Assembly (NCBI GenBank): GCA_021650915.1
Contig: CP091279.1
Location: 3,540,001 to 3,572,000 of the forward strand
Direction: 5' to 3'
DNA: 32,000 bases
Origin: Candidatus Brocadia sp.
Lineage (GTDB): Bacteria > Planctomycetota > Brocadiia > Brocadiales > Brocadiaceae
The number at the start of each line of letters is the position of its first letter. Positions within the stretch are counted from its first letter, which is position 1. The position numbers and the translations under genes are program-made. The notes below the pieces were generated by a model that had not been told where the DNA came from, made no database searches, and was given only the letters and a program-made list of their open reading frames with translations. Shown in pieces: positions 1 through 9,133 of the stretch.

Positions 1-64
1 CCCGGCCAGTATCAGGATGACTTGAATCGCATCCTCTCTGTTCATCTCCAGGATGGCTCGGGCT

Positions 65-946
65 TCATCCCTGGTCATGAGCAAGAAGCCTCCGGAAATT
101 TTTCTCAAGAGGATACAGGTAGAGTTCCTTCGTCTGGCCATGATACCGATAGGTATTGCCCCGTTTTGCACTGCCTTTGGTTTTTCCTACACGGAGCCAA
201 TTAGCTGCCTGATAGCAAGTGCCTTGAAATCGCGCGGTATCAACAAAGGTCTCCGCCAAATACACGGGATGTCCGTAGACAGCTTCCCAGTCATCTGACA
301 AACGCTTGAGGGCAAGGGATAATACCTTGGATGCAAGGTGTTTGACCGTAACCCAGGGGGGAATGAGGAATCGCACGTTACTGGCAATTAAATGCAAGTG
401 GGTGCGTTTGGTGGTCTCATCCCATCCGATGAAACGGTCACGGTCTTTGACCTTCCATGCTGCGCTTGCCCATCCAAGACAGGCAACGACCTGATTGCCG
501 ATATGTACGATGTGCCTGACGTGTTCTCCAACAAGCCGGGGACATCCGAGGTAGTGGTAGTGATAGAGGAGATAACCCCAGAGGTAACTCTCTTGAGGGT
601 CTTTTACCACCTGGATCGTCGGGATTTCATACCCGGTGATAGTGCCTCCCAGTGTGCTTTTGACAAAAAGGGGTATCTGATCAAATATCTTAGGTTTCAG
701 ATTGTTTTTTGGTCGTATGCGGCCTGGAAGCGCTACCAGGCCCTGCTCTTCCAATCGCAGAAGGAGGTCTCGTGCCGCGTATTCTTTCAGCTTGCCATTG
801 GGCTGCACCCAGTTCCAACTTTTGCAAAGTTCACGGGAAATATAACTCCGCCCTTTGAGAAAATAACTATCAATGAGCGCCTTGATAAAGGCTATATCGT
901 CTGTATGCAGTTTCCGTGAACGGTATTGGAATAGTATTGGCTTCAT
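65..946 (-). CDS. DUF4338-like protein of unknown function
   Basis: 293-aa ATG-initiated ORF with a weak SD (aaaggaa) upstream. Motifs GWASAAWKVKDRDRFIGW, ASNVRFLIPPWV and LAETFVDTARFQGTCYQAANW match my memory of the DUF4338 family. Not verified by search. Confidence 0.55.
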   Translation of the reverse strand: MKPILFQYRSRKLHTDDIAFIKALIDSYFLKGRSYISRELCKSWNWVQPNGKLKEYAARDLLLRLEEQGLVALPGRIRPKNNLKPKIFDQIPLFVKSTLGGTITGYEIPTIQVVKDPQESYLWGYLLYHYHYLGCPRLVGEHVRHIVHIGNQVVACLGWASAAWKVKDRDRFIGWDETTKRTHLHLIASNVRFLIPPWVTVKHLASKVLSLALKRLSDDWEAVYGHPVYLAETFVDTARFQGTCYQAANWLRVGKTKGSAKRGNTYRYHGQTKELYLYPLEKNFRRLLAHDQG

Positions 947-1074
947 AAACAGGTTCCTTTTCTCTGAAGCCTTTTATACCACAAATGGAAAACTGACGTC
1001 AGCTTTTTTTGTATCTTAACGCCCTGATGGTTAAAACGCCTTCTGGGTTTGCTTATAAAACCGCTTGTTAATTT

Positions 1075-1113
1075 TTCAAAGAACTAAAGTGTTACAAAAA
1101 TTTATTCTTTGAA
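1075..1113. promoter_or_regulatory. Inverted repeat TTCAAAGAA-N21-TTCTTTGAA upstream of the antitoxin gene, a possible TA operator
   Basis: Perfect 9-bp arms at 1075-1083 and 1105-1113, ending 18 nt before the antitoxin ATG. Type II TA operons are commonly autoregulated through palindromic operators. Confidence 0.3.
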
Positions 1114-1131
1114 CAAGTAAGGGGATTAACT

Positions 1132-1389
1132 ATGAAAACTAAAACTATCTATGAAAAAGAAATTTTAAAAGACATACAAGATTTGCCTGAGCCTATGCAA
1201 GAGAAACTCGCTAAAATTATTCGTCTTCTCAAAAAAGAGTTTGTTCTGCCTGAACTCAAAAAAAAATCTGCAACAGAAGAATTCCTTTCTGTATGTGGAA
1301 CATGGGAAGACGACAGAAGCATTGAGGAACAAATAAAGGTTATCTATTCGAGTAGAAAATCATCTACAAAAATGGAGAAGGTATTTTGA
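1132..1389 (+). CDS. Type II antitoxin, VapB-like / DUF2281-like
   Basis: 85-aa ORF with SD aagggga. The N-terminal ILKDIQDLPEPMQEKLAKIIRLLKKE pattern is typical of small antitoxins paired with PIN toxins. Its stop overlaps the TTG start of the downstream PIN ORF (TTTTGA junction). Confidence 0.55.
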   Translation: MKTKTIYEKEILKDIQDLPEPMQEKLAKIIRLLKKEFVLPELKKKSATEEFLSVCGTWEDDRSIEEQIKVIYSSRKSSTKMEKVF

Positions 1390-1796
1390 AATATCTTCTC
1401 GATACAAATACGTGTGTTTACTTGCTCAATGGTAATGAGATTCTCAAAAGGAAGGTTGCGTAAATCGGTGTTCATTCTTTATCGATATCTAATTGCGTAC
1501 TGGCTGAATTATACTTTGGGGCTTATAATTCAAAGAGAGTTGAGGAAAATTTAGGGAGGATAGATTTATTTAAAAAGAATCTTTCTGTTTTGTTTGATAG
1601 CGAGGAATCCGCCAGACTCTTTGGAAAGATCAAAGCGGATTTAAGAACCAAAGGCACAATTATCGACGACTTTGACATTTTAATTGCCAGTATAGCTACT
1701 GCCAACAACCATATTTTAGTAACGAATAACACAGGCCATTTTGAAAGGATAGAAGGTTTAACGATACAGGATTGGTTAAGGAAGAATCCTTATTGA
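1386..1796 (+). pseudogene. vapC: VapC-family PIN-domain toxin interrupted by an in-frame TAA at 1461-1463
   Basis: My translation in one frame gives (M)KYLLDTNTCVYLLNGNEILKRKVA*IGVHSLSISNCVLAELYFGAYNS...IIDDFDILIASIATANNHILVTNNTGHFERIEGL. PIN acidic positions are present (LLDTN, AELYF, DDFDILIA, VTNN). The track shows only the distal 68-aa piece (1590..1796), which is in the same frame. Confidence 0.7.
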
Positions 1797-1982
1797 CATC
1801 ATCAATAGCTTTTTACTTTAATTGACCGTGACCAAAACGTGACCGACTTCATGAAAAAAGGCAGGACTCCACAGGAATCAGCAGGAAATGAAATTGTATC
1901 ATAAGTTATTTTGTTGAAAAATATTACAGTTGTAAGAGACGCACTCCCAGCCACTTATAAAGAATAACAAAAAATGCAAATT

Positions 1983-2021
1983 TTTGCTTCACACGCAAGG
2001 GATCGGTGGTTCGAATTCACT
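1983..2021 (+). other. tRNA-like 3' fragment: anticodon arm with CAC (Val) plus T arm, with no 5' half
   Basis: TTTGC/TTCACAC/GCAAG is a 5-bp stem with a 7-nt loop carrying U33, anticodon CAC and A37. It is followed by the 5-nt variable GGATC, then GGTGG/TTCGAAT/TCACT, a T arm with the canonical GGTTCGAAT loop. No acceptor or D arm can be formed upstream. Confidence 0.3.
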
Positions 2022-2026
2022 ATTGT

Positions 2027-3100
2027 CTAATTGCATAAGTTTCTTATAGTATTTCTTAGTTGCGAACCCCGAACTTCCCTTTTACGCCATACGAAAGGTT
2101 TGGCATTAGGCTGATAAGCTTCAATGAATTCCGCTATTGCAGTTCTCAGGTGCTCTATACTCTTGAAGCTGGCGTTCTTCAAGGCTTTTCTGGAGAGAAT
2201 GCCAAACCATATCTCTACCTGATTGAGCCAGCTTGCAGAAGTCGGAGTAAAATGGAACTTAACATTCGGATGTGCTGCCAGCCACCCCTCATTTCGTTTG
2301 TGAATGCAGTAGTTGTCAAGGATGACATGGACTTCTTTCTTGTCGCTCTCCGGCAAATCCAAAAGGAGTTGATCCATAAATGCCAGGAATTCTACGCGTC
2401 TTTTTAATTCTGTTGTTTGTGTATGAATAGCCCCCGTTGCTACATTGAGCGCTGCAAACAGGTTCAGTGTTCCGTGACGTTTATAGGTGCTTTTAAGTCC
2501 ACGCACAATTTTTTTGTTACTGGTACATACAGAACCTGTTGTCCGCTCCAAGGCCTGAATGCTTGGCTTTTCGTCAACGGAAATCACCAAGGCGTTTTCT
2601 GCAGGAGCAAGGTATAAGCCACCTATATCAGCCGCTTTTGGCCCAAACTCCGGGTCGGTGCTGACACACCAGCTTCTTTGCCGGGCAAGACAAATGCCTT
2701 CTTTGCGAAGAACACGCCAGACAGTGTCGTCTGATGCTCCCAAGTAGCGTGAAAGAGAGGGGCCATCCCACTTTGATTGTCCTTTTGGCGACGGTAGCTC
2801 TACTGTTTTCAATACCCGCGTACGGAACTCCTTATCATATTTCGGAGGTTTGCCAGTGCGAGGCAGATCGTACAAGCCTTTTATCCCGCTTGTTATAAAA
2901 CGTTTCCTCCATTCTATAACAGTATTTTGTGATGTCCCTATATCTCTGGCCACCTTTTGCACCTGTTCCCCCGCAAGTAACTTTTTAATGATTCTGGCGC
3001 GCTCAACAAGCCGACACTCCATGCTCCGACTATTGACCCACTCATATAGAGTCTGCCAATCACTCTCGGAACAATAGGGTATTGGTGCTTTTCTTGCCAT
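2027..3100 (-). CDS. IS630-family DDE transposase (intact)
   Basis: 357-aa ORF with an N-terminal HTH region (VERARIIKKLLAGEQVQKVARDIGTSQNTVIEWRKRF). DDE signature: SVDEKPSIQALER, HVILDNYCIHK, TPTSASWLNQVEIWF. SD aggggga lies 7 nt before the ATG. Confidence 0.9.
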   Translation of the reverse strand: MARKAPIPYCSESDWQTLYEWVNSRSMECRLVERARIIKKLLAGEQVQKVARDIGTSQNTVIEWRKRFITSGIKGLYDLPRTGKPPKYDKEFRTRVLKTVELPSPKGQSKWDGPSLSRYLGASDDTVWRVLRKEGICLARQRSWCVSTDPEFGPKAADIGGLYLAPAENALVISVDEKPSIQALERTTGSVCTSNKKIVRGLKSTYKRHGTLNLFAALNVATGAIHTQTTELKRRVEFLAFMDQLLLDLPESDKKEVHVILDNYCIHKRNEGWLAAHPNVKFHFTPTSASWLNQVEIWFGILSRKALKNASFKSIEHLRTAIAEFIEAYQPNAKPFVWRKREVRGSQLRNTIRNLCN

Positions 3101-3105
3101 TGTAG

Positions 3106-3150
3106 TCCCCCTTTGTTAAGGGGGAATTGGTTGTGGCTGTGCTGCGTTAT
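3106..3150 (+). repeat. 45-bp copy of the 3' tail of the long-hairpin repeat family (copy D)
   Basis: tccccctttgttaagggggaattggttgtggctgtgctgcgttatg aligns with the tails of the repeats ending near 27250 and 31900, and with the reverse complement of the copy starting at 22409. It lies in the leader directly upstream of the IS630 transposase ATG on the opposite strand. Confidence 0.6.
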
Positions 3151-3672
3151 GAAATGATGAATGATCCTACCGAAACGAAAATACCAATGCAAGACATTTT
3201 TCATAACAGTTTATTGGTGGAATTGGTGCACTCTGTGGCTTTCGCAATTTATTACAAAACTATGATTGTGTGTGCAATGGTTACAGAATGGTTATGTTAC
3301 AAAAAGTAGCGGCTCTGTTTTGGTCTTTATTGCAGGGAATTGAGCAACTTTATCTGGGACATCCTCAGGAAATGTTACCATTGGTTATGTTGCTCTTTAT
3401 AGAGATGTCCGCTAATCATACTTTTTTTAACGATCACAACATTAATCTGTGTATAGCGTTATAACTCCAAGACAAAATGGGATGCTTTTTTATGGTTCGT
3501 GGCATACTATCTGCTCTTTGCTTAAGGGCAGTGGCAAAGCATTCAAGGCATCGTATTTTATTTATCTACGGGTCACTTTTTATTGTGTTTTTGCTGGTGA
3601 TCCACTCATTGAAAGAGAATCTGGACGTATATTTTTCTTGATATGATAAAGAAGAAGGAGGAAAAATAGAGA

Positions 3673-4521
3673 ATGGAATTCGCACTCCGGGTGTACCTAA
3701 AAGATCTAAAAAAAATATCTCCGCTTACTATGGAAGAAGAACGAATGTTATTTGAAAAGATTAACGGTGGTGATTTACAAGCACGGGAGTCTATTGTAAC
3801 GGCATATCTTCCCCTGGTGATAAAGATTGCCAGTAGATTTGTTTACTATGGAACCTCCCTCTTGGATTTGATTGGCGAAGGGAATATTGGACTTATCCGG
3901 GCAATGGAAAGGTTTGACTATACACTCGGTCAACGATTTGGCACGTATGCTTCGTGGTGGATTAAATGGACTATCCAGCGCGCCTTGATTAATAATTCCA
4001 AGACTGTACACATTCCCATTTATATGGCGGATCGGGTCTCTAAGTGGAAAAAGACATCATCAAGGTTAACAAATACTCTTCGTAGATTACCGGATCGGAA
4101 TGAAATTGCACAAGCGTTGAATCTTAATGAAAAACAGGCTCAATGGGTTGAACGGGCGGTGATGCATACCTATACTCTGGCTGAAACGAGTTTGAAACCA
4201 GATGATTCGTCAGAACTAAGTGAGCAATTTTTTGATAAGAACACAAAAATGCCTGATGAGGAGTTGATTGAAACTCATGATAGGAAAAAATTGATAAGAC
4301 TGCTTGAGACAATTGATTGTCAGGAAGCAAAGGTGTTAAAAATGCGATACGGATTTGATAATGCCGAACCCATGACCCTTCGTGAAATAAGCAAAAAGCT
4401 TAATATTAGCCGCGAGTGGGTAAGGAAGATTGAAAAGAAAGCCTTGTCAAGGTTAGGTCAGCTTATGAACTGTCGCGAGCAGAGTATCAATAAGAAAAGC
4501 ATGCTCAAAAATGCATGCTGA
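3673..4521 (+). CDS. Sigma-70 family RNA polymerase sigma factor, with regions 2-4 and no region 1.1
   Basis: 282 aa with SD gaaggagg. Region 2 reads LIGEGNIGLIRAMERFDYTLGQRFGTYASWWIKWTIQRAL. Region 4.2 HTH reads MTLREISKKLNISREWVRKIEKKALSRL. Confidence 0.85.
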   Translation: MEFALRVYLKDLKKISPLTMEEERMLFEKINGGDLQARESIVTAYLPLVIKIASRFVYYGTSLLDLIGEGNIGLIRAMERFDYTLGQRFGTYASWWIKWTIQRALINNSKTVHIPIYMADRVSKWKKTSSRLTNTLRRLPDRNEIAQALNLNEKQAQWVERAVMHTYTLAETSLKPDDSSELSEQFFDKNTKMPDEELIETHDRKKLIRLLETIDCQEAKVLKMRYGFDNAEPMTLREISKKLNISREWVRKIEKKALSRLGQLMNCREQSINKKSMLKNAC

Positions 4522-4589
4522 GAAGTGAGCCAGGTTGAGAGCGTTCTCTATGGTTCAGGGTAGGTTTGTAAAATAGGAGGAGATGAATT

Positions 4590-4769
4590 ATGAAGGGATT
4601 TTGTTATAGTTTTGCGGTAGTGAGTGCATTGATGTTTGGCGCCGGCGTTGTGAATGCTGCTTTTGTTGGTTCCGCCATGGCAGAGGAAAAGAATTGCGAT
4701 AAATGCGGACATGTCCCGGCAAAGGCAGAAAATGATTGCAAGTGTGATTGTCATAATGCAAAGCACTAA
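4590..4769 (+). CDS. Small exported Cys/His-rich peptide (59 aa, below the ORF-track cutoff)
   Basis: AGGAGG lies 7-8 nt upstream of the ATG at 4590. My translation: MKGFCYSFAVVSALMFGAGVVNAAFVGSAMAEEKNCDKCGHVPAKAENDCKCDCHNAKH. It has a hydrophobic N-terminal signal or anchor and a C-terminal 28 aa with 5 Cys and 3 His. The ORF starts 68 nt after the sigma-factor stop and is followed by a terminator hairpin. Confidence 0.5.
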   Translation: MKGFCYSFAVVSALMFGAGVVNAAFVGSAMAEEKNCDKCGHVPAKAENDCKCDCHNAKH

Positions 4770-4811
4770 ATAAAATGCGAAGGTTTCTCTGTAGATATGT
4801 TGAAGGTGAAA

Positions 4812-4848
4812 CAAAGAGCCAACTCACATGAGCTGGCTCTTTGTTTGT
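4812..4848 (+). terminator. Rho-independent terminator after the small peptide ORF
   Basis: 10-bp stem caaagagcca/tggctctttg (4812-4821 / 4834-4843), a 12-nt loop, then TTTGTTTGT. Confidence 0.6.
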
Positions 4849-5087
4849 AAACAGTGTTATCCACTGCGTCGTTGAGAAAGGTAAATCATACCCCACTTTG
4901 GGAACATCATCAGTTCTTATACCGTCAGCGTTAGGTGAGAACATGATATGCCTGGCCAAAGATTTTGTTTTTATTTGCAACCTTTCAATAGTTCTCCATG
5001 AATTGATAAACGAAACGTCAGATTAGGAAGAAGTAGAATCCTTTCAAAAAAGGGTCAGGACAGTTCGTACAGAGATCCCTCCCTAAG

Positions 5088-5969
5088 TCAATGCCGCCTA
5101 CCTATAAAGATGTCCAGTATGGTAATACCCATGAGACCAACGCTGATAATTCCATTCACAGTAAAAAAGGCGGTATTGATTTTGGACAGGTCGTTTGGTT
5201 TTACAAGGGAATGTTCGTAGATAAGCAAGCCGGTAACAATGCATACGCCAACGATATATATGATACCTAAGCCTGTGTACCGGGATACCGCCAGCAGCAC
5301 CCACACCATAAAAAGATGCAATACGGCAGAGAGGATTAATGCCCGTTTGATGCCTAATCTCTTGGGAATGGAATACAATCCCGATTTTATGTCATGTTCC
5401 AGGTCCTGACACGCATAGATAATATCGAATCCCGCCGTCCACAGGACTACGGCAAAGGCTAGCAAAAAGGGCACCGCTGTCAGTGTTCCTTGAATTCCTA
5501 CCCATGCTCCGACGGGTGACAGCCCTAATGCAAGGCCAAGGACAAAATGGGAGAAGTGGGTAAACCGTTTTGTGTACGAATATCCAAAGATGATAAGGAT
5601 GGCCAATGGGGCCATAAAGAAGGCCAATTGATTGAGCATCCATGCGCAGGTAAAGAAGAATATGACGCACAGGATAGTAAATACCCACACAGAGCTTCTT
5701 CCGATGTTCCTTTGTAGTACAACCCGGTAAGCGGTGCGCGGGTTGTGGATATCGTACGCAGTATCGACCAACCGGTTAAACGACATGGCGGCGCTGCGTG
5801 CCGTTACCAGTGCCGCGAGGATTAACAATAATTGTTTCAGTCCGGGTATGCCGTCCGCAGCAAGAAATGCGCTCATTACGGCAAACGGGAATGAAAAGAG
5901 GGTGTGGCTGAATTTGATTAAATCAAGTATCGAGATAAGTCTTCTCAGCAGGGTAGAAAGAATCATCAT
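5088..5969 (-). CDS. UbiA-family aromatic polyprenyltransferase (4-hydroxybenzoate polyprenyltransferase-like, possibly a menaquinone MqnP type)
   Basis: Multi-TM protein with both UbiA Asp-rich motifs (NRLVDTAYDIHNPRT and YACQDLEHDIKSG). The track ORF (to 6119) begins at a TTG. I place the start at the ATGATG at 5969, giving about 294 aa, typical for the family. Confidence 0.8.
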   Translation of the reverse strand: MMILSTLLRRLISILDLIKFSHTLFSFPFAVMSAFLAADGIPGLKQLLLILAALVTARSAAMSFNRLVDTAYDIHNPRTAYRVVLQRNIGRSSVWVFTILCVIFFFTCAWMLNQLAFFMAPLAILIIFGYSYTKRFTHFSHFVLGLALGLSPVGAWVGIQGTLTAVPFLLAFAVVLWTAGFDIIYACQDLEHDIKSGLYSIPKRLGIKRALILSAVLHLFMVWVLLAVSRYTGLGIIYIVGVCIVTGLLIYEHSLVKPNDLSKINTAFFTVNGIISVGLMGITILDIFIGRRH

Positions 5970-6395
5970 AGTTTTTCGGGAATTTATTCGCCGTGTGGCT
6001 AAAACTTTGCGTTGATTATTTAAAATTATGGGAGAAATTATAGTGTCAGGCCGTGTATTAATCAAGAACGGAGTCGGAACCGTATACGGCAGATATACCT
6101 GCCAGAGTGACAGTAACAAAAACTTGCGTGCCTTTAAAGTGTCAAAATGACAACAGCAAAATCGCGTTGATTAATAAAATAAAAATTTGTAGAACGAATT
6201 GCAAGCGGATTTCTACAAAATGTTAAGTCATTGTATTGTAAAGCACTATGCAATATCATATGCCAGGTTAAGTTGGTCCACTGTCCGGCGGTCGATCCGC
6301 CGGGTATTATGAGAGGAGGCATAAAGAATATGTTGGTATATTATTTGCTTAATTTGCACATAACGTTTTTTTAAGATTGAAGTGAGGATTTGATT

Positions 6396-6800
6396 ATGAT
6401 GGCATTATTGGATCCGCGTGCAGGGCATTATTCCCTTCTGATAACAGACGATGACGAGTCATGCCGTGACAGCATAAAAGACATTTTCGAACCGAAGGGT
6501 TATACCACTTATCTTGCCAGTTGCGGGAGGGAGGCTATAAAGATAGCCAGAAGTGAAGAGGTGCATCTTCTGATTTTAGATGCGCACCTTCCTGATTATA
6601 GTGGTTTGGAGACATTTAAAATTATTAAAAAGGAAATCAGTCTTGTCATTCCCTGCATCTTTATGTCTGGCGCAATAACAAAGGAGCTTCAAATAGATCT
6701 TATTAGCGCAAATGCCTATACGTTGATACCCAAGCCAATAAACATTAATATATTACGGGATTCTGTTGATCAGGTCATCGCAAAGTATTACGGAAGGTAA
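6396..6800 (+). CDS. Stand-alone CheY-like response regulator receiver
   Basis: Receiver signature: ITDDDE acidic pocket, LILDAHLPD (phospho-acceptor Asp), FMSGA, IPKP (conserved Lys). No output domain. The ATG at 6396 is preceded by gtgagga. Confidence 0.8.
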   Translation: MMALLDPRAGHYSLLITDDDESCRDSIKDIFEPKGYTTYLASCGREAIKIARSEEVHLLILDAHLPDYSGLETFKIIKKEISLVIPCIFMSGAITKELQIDLISANAYTLIPKPININILRDSVDQVIAKYYGR

Positions 6801-6887
6801 CTGGTCAGACCCGTGCTTTTTAGCAGAAGATAAGCACATGTGGTAAAAGGTTTTGTGGATAATATAAAGAAAGGAGTGATGTGAGAT

Positions 6888-8812
<1,925 letters not shown>

Positions 8813-8984
8813 TTTCGTACGAAGATATAGCTTCATCATAGACCGTTGCCGCAGCGAGTGTGATGGAGCAGATGGATGACATCCGTGAGGCAAAAAAACG
8901 TAGGAAAAAGAAGTTTTTCAGGAAAACCTGAATAAAAAACCGTGATGATCTGATAGTTTCTTTGATCCAGGAATGAAATGGGTG

Positions 8985-9027
8985 AAAGAGGCGTTGTGCT
9001 GAGACAGCCAACGCCTCTTTTCATTTC
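8985..9027 (+). terminator. Rho-independent terminator downstream of groEL
   Basis: 12-bp perfect stem aaagaggcgttg/caacgcctcttt (8985-8996 / 9009-9020), a 12-nt loop, and a T-rich tail. Confidence 0.65.
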
Positions 9028-9133
9028 AATTGATTTTTGTCCGTTTCTTATTACAATACCCTTCGGCTATTGAGTTTCAACGTATTAAGAATAATAACAG
9101 AGATAGTGACTAACAGCGTAATTGAGTAAGTTT

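Larger units (their letters stand above)
2000..3150 (-). mobile_element. IS630-family insertion sequence; ends not resolved
   Basis: The span is typical for IS630 (about 1.1-1.2 kb) around an intact transposase. I could not identify convincing terminal inverted repeats or a TA duplication by eye, so the boundaries are approximate. Confidence 0.35.

Noticed and set aside
1-45. Start of a minus-strand ORF (MNREDAIQVILILAG...) running off the left edge.
   Set aside because: Only 15 codons are visible, which is too little to call a gene or a product. It is mentioned only as context for the DUF4338 finding.
993-1002. Perfect 10-bp palindrome CTGACGTCAG followed by a T-run, as a possible terminator.
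   Set aside because: There is no loop, so it cannot form a terminator hairpin. It could be a protein-binding site, but there is no supporting context.
3276-3393. Recurrent TGGTTA(C/T)(A/G)(G/T)T motifs (aatggttacag, aatggttatgttac, ttggttatgttgc) upstream of the sigma-factor gene, as possible operator sites.
   Set aside because: The matches are short and AT-rich, the spacing is irregular and no partner regulator is evident. This cannot be distinguished from chance by eye.
4590-4769. Heme-binding CXXCH motif in the small Cys/His-rich peptide, which would make it a mini cytochrome c.
   Set aside because: The spacings are CxxCxH and CxCxCH, and neither is a canonical CXXCH.
5970-6119. N-terminal 50-aa extension of the UbiA ORF from a TTG start.
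   Set aside because: The extension has no UbiA-like sequence. Family members are about 290 aa, and the conserved region begins right after the ATGATG at 5969.
6801-6887. Possible CIRCE (HrcA operator) upstream of groES: GTGCTT-N13-AAGCAC with an embedded TTAGCA.
   Set aside because: The CIRCE arms are TTAGCACTC-N9-GAGTGCTAA. Here the half-sites are in the opposite order, the spacing is wrong and the arms are only 6 bp. It is more likely a weak hairpin after the response-regulator stop.
8859-8927. 22-codon basic mini-ORF (MEQMDDIREAKKRRKKKFFRKT) after groEL, or a frameshifted remnant of a GGM tail.
   Set aside because: It has no SD, and no frame reconstructs a GGM repeat contiguous with groEL.
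9028-9133. Purine or ZTP riboswitch upstream of purB, and a TPP riboswitch upstream of thiE (10589-10627).
   Set aside because: I could find no recognisable conserved cores, and the thiE spacer is only 39 nt.
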